From positions 4,092,001-4,156,000 of the forward strand of contig OZ024744.1 in NCBI GenBank assembly GCA_964016885.1: a DNA stretch of 64,000 nucleotides, given 5' to 3'. Below the pieces are notes generated by a model. The model did no database searches, was not told where the DNA came from, and worked only from the letters and a program-made list of their open reading frames with translations. The position numbers were made by a program, and so were the translations under genes. Below are positions 11,301-23,272 of this stretch, one piece after another. Within the stretch, counting starts at the first letter, position 1, and the number at the start of each line of letters is the position of its first letter. This stretch comes from Eledone cirrhosa (Eukaryota).

Positions 11301-14300
11301 AAGATAGCTTGGTGAAGAATGACGTTTTGTGGGAAGACAAGGTAGAGAAAGATAGCTTGGTGAAGAACGAAGTTTTGAGGGAAGACAAGGTAGAGAAAGA
11401 TAGCTTGGTGAATAACGAAGTTTTGGGGGAAGACAAGGTCGAAAAAGATAGCTTGGTGAAGAACGAAGTTTTGAGGGAAGACAAGGTAGAGAAAGATAGC
11501 TTGGTGAAGAACGAAGTTTTGGGGAAGACAAGGTAGAGAAAGATAGCTTGGTGAAGAACGAAGTGTTGAGGGAAGACAAGGTAGAGAAAGATAGCTTGGT
11601 GAAGAACGACGTTTTGTGGGAAGACAAGGTAGAGAAAGATAGCTTGGTGAAGAACGAAGTTTTGTGGGAAGACAAGGTAGAGAAAGATAGCTTGGTGAAG
11701 AACGAAGTTTTGGGGGAAGACAAGGTAGAGAAAGATAGCTTGGTGAAGAACGAAGTTTTGGGGGAAGACGAGGTAGAGAAAGATAGCTTGGTGAACAACG
11801 AAGTTTTGGGGGAAGACAAGGTAGAGAAAGATAGCTTGGTGAAGAACGAAGTTTTGGGGAAGACAATGTAGAGAAAGATAGCTTGGTGAAGAACGAAGTT
11901 TTGTGGGAAGACAAGGTAGAGAAAGATAGCTTGGTGAAGAACGAAGGTTTGAGGGAAGACAAGGTAGAGAAAGATAGCTTGGTGAATAACGAAGTTTTGG
12001 GAGAAGACAAGGTAGAGAAAGATAGCTTGGTGAAGAACGACTTTTTGAGGGAAGACAAGGTAGAGAAAGATAGCTTGGTGAAGAACGAAGTTTTGGGGAA
12101 GACAATGTAGAGAAAGATATCTTGGTGAAGAACGAAGTTTTGACGGAAGACAAGGTAGAGAAAGATAGCTTGGTGAAGAACGAAGTTTTGGGGGAAGACA
12201 AGTTAGAGAAAGATAGCTTGGTGAAGAACGAAGTTTTGGGGAAAGACGAGGTAGAGAAAGATAGCTTGGTGAACAACGAAGTTTTGGGGGAAGACAAGGT
12301 AGAGAAAGATAGCTTGGTGAATAACGAAGTTTTGGGAGAAGACAAGGTAGAGAAAGATAGCTTGGTGAAGAACGATGTTTTGAGGGAAGACAAGGTAGAG
12401 AAAGATAGCTTGGTGAAGAACGACGTTTTGAGGGAAGACAAGGTAGAGAAAGATAGCTTGGTGAAGAACGACGTTTTGTGGGAAGACAAGGTAGAGAAAG
12501 ATAGCTTGGTGAAGAACGAAGTTTTGGGGAAGACAATGTAGAGAAAGATAGCTTGGTGAAGAACGAAGTTTTGGGGGAAGACAAGGTAGAGAAAGATAGC
12601 TTGGTGAAGAACGAAGGTTTGAGGGAAGACAAGGTAGAGAAAGATAGCTTGGTGAATAACGAAGTTTTGGGAGAAGACACGGTAGAGAAAGATAGCTTGG
12701 TGAAGAACGACTTTTTGAGGGAAGACAAGGTAGAGAAAGATAGCTTGGTGAAGAACGAAGTTTTGGGGAAGACAATGTAGAGAAAGATATCTTGGTGAAG
12801 AACGAAGTTTTGACGGAAGACAAGGTAGAGAAAGATAGCTTGGTGAAGAATGACGTTTTGTGGGAAGACAAGGTAGAGAAAGATAGCTTGGTGAAGAACG
12901 ACGTTTTGTGGGAAGACAAGGTAGAGAAAGATAGCTTGGTGAAGAACGAAGTTTTGTGGGAAGACAAGGTAGAGAAAGATAGCTTGGTGAAGAACGAAGT
13001 TTTGGGGGAAGACAAGGTAGAGAAAGATAGCTTGGTGAAGAACGAAGTTTTGGGGGAAGACGAGGTAGAGAAAGATAGCTTGGTGAACAACGAAGTTTTG
13101 GGGGAAGACAAGGTAGAGAAAGATAGCTTGGTGAATAACGAAGTTTTGGGAGAAGACAAGGTAGAGAAAGATAGCTTGGTGAAGAACGATGTTTTGAGGG
13201 AAGACAAGGTAGAGAAAGATAGCTTGGTGAAGAACGACGTTTTGAGGGAAGACAAGGTAGAGAAAGATAGCTTGGTGAAGAACGACGTTTTGTGGGAAGA
13301 CAAGGTAGAGAAAGATAGCTTGGTGAAGAACGAAGTTTTGGGGGAAGACAAGGTAGAGAAAGATAGCTTACGAAGAACGAAGTTTTGGGGGAAGACAAGG
13401 TAGAGAAAGATAGCTTGGTGAAGAACGAAGTTTTGGGGGAAGACAAGGTAGAGAAAGATAGCTTGGTGAAGAACGACGTTTTGAGGGAAGACGAGGTAGA
13501 GAAAGATAGCTTGGTGAAGAACGAAGTTTTGAGGGAAGACAAGCTAGAGAAAGATAGCTTGGTGAAGAACGATGTTTTGAGGGAAGACAAGGTAGAAACA
13601 GATAGCTTGGTGAAGAACGACGTGTTGAGGGAAGACAAGGTAGAGAAAGATAGCTTGGTGAAGAACGACGTTTTGTGGGAAGACAAGGTAGAGAAAGATA
13701 GCTTGGTGAAGAACGAAGTTTTGGGGGAAGACAAGGTAGAGAAAGATAGCTTGGTGAAGAACGAAGTTTTGGGGGAAGACAAGGTAGAGAAAGAGAGCTT
13801 GGTGAAGAACGACGTTTTGATGAAAGACAAGGTAGAGAAAGATAGCTTGGTGAAGAACGAAGTTTTGGGGAAGACAATGTAGAGAAAGATAGCTTGGTGA
13901 AGAACGAAGTTTTGGGGGAAGACAAGGTAGAGAAAGATAGCTTGGTGAATAACGAAGTTTTGGGGGAAGACAAGGTCGAAAAAGATAGCTTGGTGAAGAA
14001 CGAAGTTTTGAGGGAAGACAAGGTAGAGAAAGATAGCTTGGTGAAGAACGAAGTTTTGGGGGAAGACAAGGTAGAGAAAGATAGCTTGGTGAAGAACGAA
14101 GTTTTGAGGGAAGACAAGGTAGCGAAAGATAGCTTGGTGAATAACGAAGTTTTGGGGGAAGACAAGGTAGAGAAAGATAGCTTGGTGAATAACGAAGTTT
14201 TGGGAGAAGACAAGGTCGAGAAAGATAGCTTGGTGAAGAACGAAATTTTGAGGGAAGACAAGGTAGAGAAAGATAGCTTGGTGAAGAACGACGTTTTGAG

Positions 14301-17300
14301 GGAAGACAAAATAGAGAAAGATAGCTTGGTGAAGAACGACGTTTTGTGGGATGACAAGGTAGAGAAAGATGACTTGGTGAAGAACCAAGTTTTGGGGGAA
14401 GACAAGGTAGATAAAGATAGCTTGGTGAAGAACGAAGTTTTGGGGGAATACAAGGTAGAGAAAGATAGCTTGGTGAAGAACGACGTTTTGAGGGAAGACA
14501 AGGTAGAGAAAGATAGCTTGGTGAAGAACGAAGTTTTGGGGAAGACAATGTAGAGAAAGATAGCTTGGTGAAGAACGAAGTTTTGGGGGAAGACAAGGTA
14601 GAGAAAGATAGCTTGGTGAAGAACGGAGTTCTGAGGGAAGACAAGGTAGAGAAAGATAGCTTGGTGAAGAACGACGTTTTGTGGGAAGACAAGGTAGAGA
14701 AAGATATCTTGGTGAAGAACGAAGTTTTGACGGAAGACAAGGTAGAGAAAGATAGCTTGCGAAGAACGAAGTTTTGGGGGAAGACAAGGTAGAGAAAGAT
14801 AGCTTGGTGAAGAACGAAGTTTTGTGGGAGGACAAGGTAGAGAAAGATAGCTTGGTGAAGAACGACGTTTTGAGGGAAGACAAGGTAGAGAAATATAGCT
14901 TGGTGAAGAACGAAGTTTTGAAGGAAGACAATGTAGAGAAAGATAGCTTGGTGAAGAATGACGTTTTGTGGGAAGACAAGGTAGAGAAAGATAGCTTGGT
15001 GAAGAACGAAGTTTTGAGGGAAGACAAGGTAGAGAAAGATAGCTTGGTGAATAACGAAGTTTTGGGGGAAGACAAGGTCGAAAAAGATAGCTTGGTGAAG
15101 AACGAAGTTTTGAGGGAAGACAAGGTAGAGAAAGATAGCTTGGTGAAGAACGAAGTTTTGGGGAAGATAAGGTAGAGAAAGATAGCTAGGTGAAGAACGA
15201 AGTTTTGAGGGAAGACAAGGTAGAGAAAGATAGCTTGGTGAAGAACGACGTTTTGTGGGAAGACAAGGTAGAGAAAGATAGCTTGGGGAAGAACGAAGTT
15301 TTGGGGGAAGACAAGGTAGAGAAAGATAGCTTGGTGAAGTACGAAGTTTTGGGGGAAGACGAGGTAGAGAAAGATAGCTTGGTGAACAACGAGGTTTTGG
15401 GGGAAGACAAGGTAGAGAAAGATAGCTTGGTGAAGAACGAAGTTTTGGGGAAGACAATGTAGAGAAAGATAGCTTGGTGAAGAACGAAGTTTTGGGGGAA
15501 GACAAGGTAGAGAAAGATAGCTTGGTGAAGAACGAAGGTTTGAGGGAAGACAAGGTAGAGAAAGATAGCTTGGTGAATAACGAAGTTTTGGGAGAAGACA
15601 AGGTAGAGAAAGATAGCTTGGTGAAGAACGACTTTTTGAGGGAAGACAAGGTAGAGAAAGATAGCTTGGTGAAGAACGAAGTTTTGGGGAAGACAATGTA
15701 GAGAAAGATATATTGGTGAAGAACGAAGTTTTGACGGAAGACAAGGTAGAGAAAGATAGCTTGGTGAAGAATGACGTTTTGTGGGAAGACAAGGTAGAGA
15801 AAGATAGCTTGGTGAAGAACGACGTTTTGTGGGAAGACAAGGTATAGAAAGATAGCTTGGTGAAGAACGAAGTTTTGTGGGAAGACAAGGTAGAGAAAGA
15901 TAGCTTGGTGAAGAACGAAGTTTTGGGGGAAGACAAGGTAGAGAAAGATAGCTTGGTGAAGAACGAAGTTTTGGGGGAAGACGAGGTAGAGAAAGATAGC
16001 TTGGTGAACAACGAAGTTTTGGGGGAAGACAAGGTAGAGAAAGATAGCTTGGTGAATAACGAAGTTTTGGGAGAAGACAAGGTAGAGAAAGATAGCTTGG
16101 TGAAGAACGATGTTTTGAGGGAAGACAAGGTAGAGAAAGATAGCTTGGTGAAGAACGACGTTTTGAGGGAAGACAAGGTAGAGAAAGATAGCTTGGTGAA
16201 GAACGACGTTTTGTGGGAAGACAAGGTAGAGAAAGATAGCTTGGTGAAGAACGAAGTTTTGGGGGAAGACAAGGTAGAGAAAGATAGCTTGCGAAGAACG
16301 AAGTTTTGGGGGAAGACAAGGTAGAGAAAGATAGCTTGGTGAAGAACGAAGTTTTGGGGGAAGACAAGGTAGAGAAAGATAGCTTGGTGAAGAACGACGT
16401 TTTGAGGGAAGACGAGGTAGAGAAAGATAGCTTGGTGAAGAACGAAGTTTTGAGGGAAGACAAGCTAGAGAAAGATAGCTTGGTGAAGAACGATGTTTTG
16501 AGGGAAGACAAGGTAGAAAAAGATAGCTTGGTGAAGAACGACGTTTTGTGGGAAGACAAGGTAGAGAAAGATAGCTTGGTGAAGAACGACGTTTTGTGGG
16601 AAGACAAGGTAGAGAAAGATAGCTTGGTGAAGAACGAAGTTTTGGGGGAAGACAAGGTAGAGAAAGATAGCTTGGTGAAGAACGAAGTTTTGGGGGAAGA
16701 CAAGGTAGAGAAAGAGAGCTTGGTGAAGAACGACGTTTTGATGAAAGACAAGGTAGAGAAAGATAGCTTGGTGAAGAACGAAGTTTTGGGGAAGACAATG
16801 TAGAGAAAGACAGCTTGGTGAAGAACGAAGTTTTGGGGGAAGACAAGGTAGAGAAAGATAGCTTGGTGAAGAACGAAGTTCTGGGGGAAGACAAGGTATA
16901 GAAAGATAGCTTGGTGAAGAACGAAGTTTTGGGAGAAGACAAGGTAGAGAAAGATATCTTGGTGAAGAACGAAGTTTTGACGGAAGACAAGGTAGAGAAA
17001 GATAGCTTGGTGAAGAATGACGTTTTGTGGGAAGACAAGGTAGAGAAAGATAGCTTGGTGAAGAACGAAGTTTTGTGTGAAGACAAGGTAGAGAAAGATA
17101 GCTTGGTGAAGAACGAAGTTTTGGGGGAAGACAAGGCAGAGAAAGATAGATTGGTGAAGAACGAAGTTTTGAGGGATGACAAGGTAGCGAAAGATAGCTT
17201 GGTGAATAACGAAGTTTTGGGGGAAGACAAGGTAGAGAAAGATAGCTTGGTGAATAACGAAGTTTTGGGAGAAGACAAGGTCGAGAAAGATAGCTTGGTG

Positions 17301-19085
17301 AAGAACGAAATTTTGAGGGAAGACAAGGTAGAGAAAGATAGCTTGGTGAAGAACGACGTTTTGAGGGAAGACAAAATAGAGAAAGATAGCTTGGTGAAGA
17401 ACGACGTTTTGCGGGATGACAAGGTAGAGAAAGATGACTTGGTGAAGAACGAAGTTTTGGGGGAAGACAAGGTAGAGAAAGATAGCTTGGTGAAGAACGA
17501 CGTTTTGAGGGAAGACAAGGTAGAGAAAGATAGCTTGGTGAAGAACGAAGTTTTGGGGAAGACAATGTAGAGAAAGATAGCTTGGTGAAGAACGAAGTTT
17601 TGGGGGAAGACAAGGTAGAGAAAGATAGCTTGGTGAAGAACGGAGTTCTGAGGGAAGACAAGGTAGAGAAAGATAGCTTGGTGAAGAACGACGTTTTGTG
17701 GGAAGACAAGGTAGAGAAAGATATCTTGGTGAAGAACGAAGTTTTGACGGAAGACAAGGTAGAGAAAGATAGCTTGCGAAGAACGAAGTTTTGGGGGAAG
17801 ACAAGGTAGAGAAAGATAGCTTGGTGAAGAACGAAGTTTTGTGGGAGGACAAGGTAGAGAAAGATAGCTTGGTGAAGAATGACGTTTTGTGGGAAGACAA
17901 GGTAGAGAAAGATAGCTTGGTGAAGAACGAAGTTTTGAGGGAAGACAAGGTAGAGAAAGATAGCTTGGTGAATAACGAAGTTTTGGGGGAAGACAAGGTC
18001 GAAAAAGATAGCTTGGTGAAGAACGAAGTTTTGAGGGAAGACAAGGTAGAGAAAGATAGCTTGGTGAAGAACGAAGTTTTGGGGAAGACAAGGTAGAGAA
18101 AGATAGCTTGGTGAAGAACGAAGTTTTGAGGGAAGACAAGGTAGAGAAAGATAGCTTGGTGAAGAACGACGTTTTGTGGGAAGACAAGGTAGAGAAAGAT
18201 AGCTTGGTGAAGAACGAAGTTTTGTGGGAAGACAAGGTAGAGAAAGATAGCTTGGTGAAGAACGAAGTTTTGGGGGAAGACAAGGTAGAGAAAGATAGCT
18301 TGGTGAAGAACGAAGTTTTGGGGGAAGACGAGGTAGAGAAAGATAGCTTGGTGAACAACGAAGTTTTGGGGGAAGACAAGGTAGAGAAAGATAGCTTGGT
18401 GAAGAACGAAGTTTTGGGGAAGACAATGTAGAGAAAGATAGCTTGGTGAAGAACGAAGTTTTGTGGGAAGACAAGGTAGAGAAAGATAGCTTGGTGAAGA
18501 ACGAAGGTTTGAGGGAAGACAAGGTAGAGAAAGATAGCTTGGTGAATAACGAAGTTTTGGGAGAAGACAAGGTAGAGAAAGATAGCTTGGTGAAGAACGA
18601 CTTTTTGAGGGAAGACAAGGTAGAGAAAGATAGCTTGGTGAAGAACGAAGTTTTGGGGAAGACAATGTAGAGAAAGATATCTTGGTGAAGAACGAAGTTT
18701 TGACGGAAGACAAGGTAGAGAAAGATAGCTTGGTGAAGAACGAAGTTTTGGGGGAAGACAAGTTAGAGAAAGATAGCTTGGTGAAGAACGAAGTTTTGGG
18801 GAAAGACGAGGTAGAGAAAGATAGCTTGGTGAACAACGAAGTTTTGGGGGAAGACAAGGTAGAGAAAGATAGCTTGGTGAATAACGAAGTTTTGGGAGAA
18901 GACAAGGTAGAGAAAGATAGCTTGGTGAAGAACGATGTTTTGAGGGAAGACAAGGTAGAGAAAGATAGCTTGGTGAAGAACGACGTTTTGAGGGAAGACA
19001 AGGTAGAGAAATATAGCTTGGTGAAGAACGACGTTTTGTGGGAAGACAAGGTAGAGAAAGATAGCTTGGTGAAGAACGAAGTTTT
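8334..19085. repeat. About 4.2-kb block duplicated at a 6560-bp offset (about 8334-12525 and 14894-19085)
   Basis: ORF starts 8630/15190, 8914/15474, 9746/16306, 10351/16911, 11022/17582, 11548/18108, 12122/18682. The private variant GAAGATAAGG...GATAGCTAGG occurs at about 8603-8630 and 15163-15190. Confidence 0.9.
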
Positions 19086-22000
19086 GGGGGAAGACAAGGT
19101 AGAGAAAGACAGCTTGCGAAGAACGAAGCTTTGGGGGAAGACAAGGTAGAGAAAGATAGCTTGGTGAAGAACGAAGTTTTGGGGGAAGACAAGGTAGAGA
19201 AAGATAGCTTGGTGAAGAACGACGTTTTGAGGGAAGACAAGGTAGAGAAAGATAGCTTGGTGAAGAACGAAGTTTTGAGGGAAGACAAGGTAGAGAAAGA
19301 TAGCTTGGTGAAGAACGATGTTTTGAGGGAAGACAAGGTAGAAAAAGATAGCTTGGTGAAGAACGACGTTTTGAGGGAAGACAAGGTAGAGAAAGATAGC
19401 TTGGTGAAGAACGACGTTTTGTGGGAAGACAAGGTAGAGAAAGATAGCTTGGTGAAGAACGAAGTTTTGGGGGAAGACAAGGTAGAGAAAGATAGCTTGG
19501 TGAAGAACGAAGTTTTTGGGGAAGACAAGGTAGAGAAAGAGAGCTTGGTGAAGAACGACGTTTTGATGAAAGACAAGGTAGAGAAAGATAGCTTGGTGAA
19601 GAACGAAGTTTTGGGGAAGACAATGTAGAGAAAGATAGCTTGGTGAAGAACGAAGTTTTGACGGAAGACAAGGTAGAGAAAGATAGCTTGGTGAAGAATG
19701 ACGTTTTGTGGGAAGACAAGGTAGAGAATAGATAGCTTGGTGAAGAACGATGTTTTGTGTGAAGACAAGGTAGAGAAAGATAGCTTGGTGAAGAACGAAG
19801 TTTTGGGGGAAGACAAGGCAGAGAAAGATAGATTGGTGAAGAACGAAGTTTTGAGGGATGACAAGGTAGAGAAAGATGACTTGGTGTAGAAAGAAGTTTT
19901 GGGGGAAGACAAGGTAGAGAAAGATAGCTTGGTGAAGAACGAAGTTTTGGGGGAAGACAAGGTAGAGAAAGATAGCTTGGTGAATAACGAAGTTTTGGGA
20001 GAAGACAAGGTAGAGAAAGATAGCTTGGTGAAGAACGATGTTTTGAGGGAAGACAAGGTAGAGAAAGATAGCTTGGTGAAAAACGACGTTTTGAGGGAAG
20101 ACAAGGTAGAGAAAGATAGCTTGGTGAAGAACGAAGTTCTGAGGGAAGACAAGGTAGAGAAAGATAGCTTGGTGAAGAACGAAGTTTTGGGAGAAAACAA
20201 GGTAGAGAAAGATATATTGGTGAAGAACGAAGTTTCGACGGAAGACAAGGTAGAGAAAGATAGCTTGGTGAAGAATGACGTTTTGTGGGAAGACAAGGTA
20301 GAGAAAGATAGCTTGGTGAAGAACGAAGTTTTGTGTGAAGACAAGCTAGAGAAAGATAGCTTGGTGAAGAACGAAGTTTTGGGGGAAGACAAGGTAGAGA
20401 AAGATAGCTTGGTGAAGAACGAAGTTTTGGGGGAAGACAAGGTAGAGAAAGATAGCTTGGTGAAGAACGAAGTTTTGAGGGAAGACAAGGTAGAGAAAGA
20501 TAGCTTGGTGAATAATGAAGTTTTGGGAGAAGACAAGGTAGAGAAAGATAGCTTGGTGAATAACGAAGTTTTGGGGGAAGACAAGGTCGAAAAAGATAGC
20601 TTGGTGAAGAACGAAGTTTTGAGGGAAGACAAGGTAGAGAAAGATAGCTTGGTGAAGAACGAAGTTTTGAGGGAAGACAAGGTAGAGAAAGATAGCTTGG
20701 TGAATAACGAAGTTTTGGGGGAAGACAAGGTCGAAAAAGATAGCTTGGTGAAGAACGAAGTTTTGAGGGAAGACAAGGTAGAGAAAGATAGCTTGGTGAA
20801 GAACGAAGTTTTGGGGAAGACAAGGTAGAGAAAGATAGCTTGGTGAAGAACGAAGTTTTGAGGGAAGACAAGGTAGAGAAAGATAGCTTGGTGAAGAACG
20901 ACGTTTTGTGGGAAGACAAGGTAGAGAAAGATAGCTTGGTGAAGAACGAAGTTTTGTGGGAAGACAAGGTAGAGAAAGATAGCTTGGTGAAGAACGAAGT
21001 TTTGGGGGAAGACAAGGTAGAGAAAGATAGCTTGGTGAAGAACGAAGTTTTGGGGGAAGACGAGGTAGAGAAAGATAGCTTGGTGAACAACGAAGTTTTG
21101 GGGGAAGACAAGGTAGAGAAAGATAGCTTGGTGAAGAACGAAGTTTTGGGGAAGACAATGTAGAGAAAGATAGCTTGGTGAAGAACGAAGTTTTGTGGGA
21201 AGACAAGGTAGAGAAAGATAGCTTGGTGAAGAACGAAGGTTTGAGGGAAGACAAGGTAGAGAAAGATAGCTTGGTGAATAACGAAGTTTTGGGAGAAGAC
21301 AAGGTAGAGAAAGATAGCTTGGTGAAGAACGACTTTTTGAGGGAAGACAAGGTAGAGAAAGATAGCTTGGTGAAGAACGAAGTTTTGGGGAAGACAATGT
21401 AGAGAAAGATATCTTGGTGAAGAACGAAGTTTTGACGGAAGACAAGGTAGAGAAAGATAGCTTGGTGAAGAACGAAGTTTTGGGGGAAGACAAGTTAGAG
21501 AAAGATAGCTTGGTGAAGAACGAAGTTTTGGGGAAAGACGAGGTAGAGAAAGATAGCTTGGTGAACAACGAAGTTTTGGGGGAAGACAAGGTAGAGAAAG
21601 ATAGCTTGGTGAATAACGAAGTTTTGGGAGAAGACAAGGTAGAGAAAGATAGCTTGGTGAAGAACGATGTTTTGAGGGAAGACAAGGTAGAGAAAGATAG
21701 CTTGGTGAAGAACGACGTTTTGAGGGAAGACAAGGTAGAGAAAGATAGCTTGGTGAAGAACGACGTTTTGGGGGAAGACAAGGTAGAGAAAGATAGCTTG
21801 GTGAAGAACGAAGTTTTGGGGGAAGACAAGGTAGAGAAAGACAGCTTGCGAAGAACGAAGCTTTGGGGGAAGACAAGGTAGAGAAAGATAGCTTGGTGAA
21901 GAACGAAGTTTTGGGGGAAGACAAGGTAGAGAAAGATAGCTTGGTGAAGAACGACGTTTTGAGGGAAGACAAGGTAGAGAAAGATAGCTTGGTGAAGAAC

Positions 22001-23272
22001 GAAGTTTTGAGGGAAGACAAGGTAGAGAAAGATAGCTTGGTGAAGAACGATGTTTTGAGGGAAGACAAGGTAGAAAAAGATAGCTTGGTGAAGAACGACG
22101 TTTTGAGGGAAGACAAGGTAGAGAAAGATAGCTTGGTGAAGAACGACGTTTTGTGGGAAGACAAGGTAGAGAAAGATAGCTTGGTGAAGAACGAAGTTTT
22201 GGGGGAAGACAAGGTAGAGAAAGATAGCTTGGTGAAGAACGAAGTTTTTGGGGAAGACAAGGTAGAGAAAGAGAGCTTGGTGAAGAACGACGTTTTGATG
22301 AAAGACAAGGTAGAGAAAGATAGCTTGGTGAAGAACGAAGTTTTGGGGAAGACAATGTAGAGAAAGATAGCTTGGTGAAGAACGAAGTTTTGACGGAAGA
22401 CAAGGTAGAGAAAGATAGCTTGGTGAAGAATGACGTTTTGTGGGAAGACAAGGTAGAGAATAGATAGCTTGGTGAAGAACGATGTTTTGTGTGAAGACAA
22501 GGTAGAGAAAGATAGCTTGGTGAAGAACGAAGTTTTGGGGGAAGACAAGGCAGAGAAAGATAGATTGGTGAAGAACGAAGTTTTGAGGGATGACAAGGTA
22601 GAGAAAGATGACTTGGTGTAGAAAGAAGTTTTGGGGGAAGACAAGGTAGAGAAAGATAGCTTGGTGAAGAACGAAGTTTTGGGGGAAGACAAGGTAGAGA
22701 AAGATAGCTTGGTGAATAACGAAGTTTTGGGAGAAGACAAGGTAGAGAAAGATAGCTTGGTGAAGAACGATGTTTTGAGGGAAGACAAGGTAGAGAAAGA
22801 TAGCTTGGTGAAAAACGACGTTTTGAGGGAAGACAAGGTAGAGAAAGATAGCTTGGTGAAGAACGAAGTTCTGAGGGAAGACAAGGTAGAGAAAGATAGC
22901 TTGGTGAAGAACGAAGTTTTGGGAGAAAACAAGGTAGAGAAAGATATATTGGTGAAGAACGAAGTTTCGACGGAAGACAAGGTAGAGAAAGATAGCTTGG
23001 TGAAGAATGACGTTTTGTGGGAAGACAAGGTAGAGAAAGATAGCTTGGTGAAGAACGAAGTTTTGTGTGAAGACAAGCTAGAGAAAGATAGCTTGGTGAA
23101 GAACGAAGTTTTGGGGGAAGACAAGGTAGAGAAAGATAGCTTGGTGAAGAACGAAGTTTTGGGGGAAGACAAGGTAGAGAAAGATAGCTTGGTGAAGAAC
23201 GAAGTTTTGAGGGAAGACAAGGTAGAGAAAGATAGCTTGGTGAATAACGAAGTTTTGGGAGAAGACAAGGTA
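17910..23272. repeat. Near-tandem duplication with 2732-bp period (57 monomers, net -4 bp)
   Basis: ORF starts 18108/20840, 18443/21175, 18682/21414, 19131/21863, 19899/22631. The shared variant GACAGCTTGCGAAGAACGAAGCTT is at about 19108 and 21840. Confidence 0.9.
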
